From the NCBI GenBank assembly GCA_013239625.1, contig MU054187.1, positions 124,001 to 188,000 on the forward strand: 64,000 bases of DNA. The letters run 5' to 3'. Every line of letters starts with the position of its first letter. Positions within the stretch are counted from its first letter, which is position 1. The position numbers and the translations under genes were made by a program. Of this stretch, positions 63,454 to 64,000 are shown in pieces. The notes under the pieces were generated by a model. It saw nothing but the letters and a program-made list of their open reading frames with translations. It was not told the DNA's origin and did no database searches. The stretch comes from Lama guanicoe. Taxonomy: Eukaryota.

Positions 63454-64000
63454 TGTTTTGGAAGATGATTAATTATTAATTCAATGTCTTTAATAGACAC
63501 AGGCTTATTCAGGTTATCTATTTCTTCTTGTGTGAGTTTGTGTTTTTTATGATTGGTCCATATCATCTAGGTTATCAAATTTTAGGGCACAGAGTTGTTT
63601 ATAGTATTCCTTTAGTATCCTTTTAATGTCCATGGGATCTGTAGTGATGTCCCCTCTTTCATTTCTGATATTAGTAATTTGGGTCCTCTTTTTTTCTTGT
63701 TAGCCTGGCTAGAGGCTTATAGATTTTATTGATCTTTTCAAATGACCAGTTTTTGGTTTCACTGGTTTTTCTCTTTTGATTTCCTGCTTTCAATTCTATT
63801 GATTTCTCCTCTAATCCTTATTATTTCTTTCTTTCTTCTTGCTTTGGATTTACTTTGCTCTTCTGTTTCTAATTTCCTAAGGTGGAAACTTAGATTACTG
63901 ATTTTAGATGATTCTTCTTTTCTTATATATGCATTCAATTGTATAAATTTCCCTCTAAGTACTGTTTTTGCTACATCCTAAACATTTTGATTAGTTGTGT

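Larger units (their letters stand above)
1..64000 (+). other. SPIDR: SPIDR gene body: end of a long intron (1-42784), short intron (42981-44338), start of the next long intron (44551-64000)
   Basis: Both exons are internal and no other SPIDR exon was recognised in the window. Most L1s are antisense, as expected in introns of a + strand gene. Confidence 0.85.
60795..64000 (-). mobile_element. L1MC-like element (3' UTR plus ORF2, internal deletion near 61545), hosting nested inserts; runs off the window
   Basis: Antisense ORF2 [49 protein letters not shown]. Confidence 0.9.

Noticed and set aside
1..64000. The many 60-170 aa ORFs in the supplied track as genes
   Set aside because: This is eukaryotic intronic DNA. 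The ORFs use alternative starts, overlap in all frames and are repeat-derived or random. Only those overlapping the two SPIDR exons are supported as coding.

Overview
This is mammalian genomic DNA, most likely camelid: it contains a tRNA-Ala-derived Vic-1-type SINE and a young L1 3' end. The window lies inside the + strand SPIDR (KIAA0146) gene. Two coding exons are clear, 42785-42980 and 44339-44550, equivalent to human exons ~9 and ~10 by my recall of the human protein. The rest is intron, rich in decayed repeats: many mostly antisense L1s with nested insertions, an old ERV-L provirus (pro-RT-RNaseH-IN, ~6950-10300, minus), a CCAAT-rich solo LTR, MIR/L2/CR1, and MER53/MER5A/MER3/MER2 DNA transposons. 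Almost all ORF-track entries are spurious or repeat-derived. The main leads are: (i) an ERV LTR 3' fragment apparently retrotransposed like a SINE, with a polyA-type tail and 11-bp TSD; (ii) a chain of minus-strand exon-like segments at 462-10819 that may be a decayed nested antisense gene; (iii) candidate alternative SPIDR exons in the downstream intron; (iv) a re-formed 5' splice site at the exon-exon junction. Repeat family names come from remembered consensus sequences and the boundaries are approximate.
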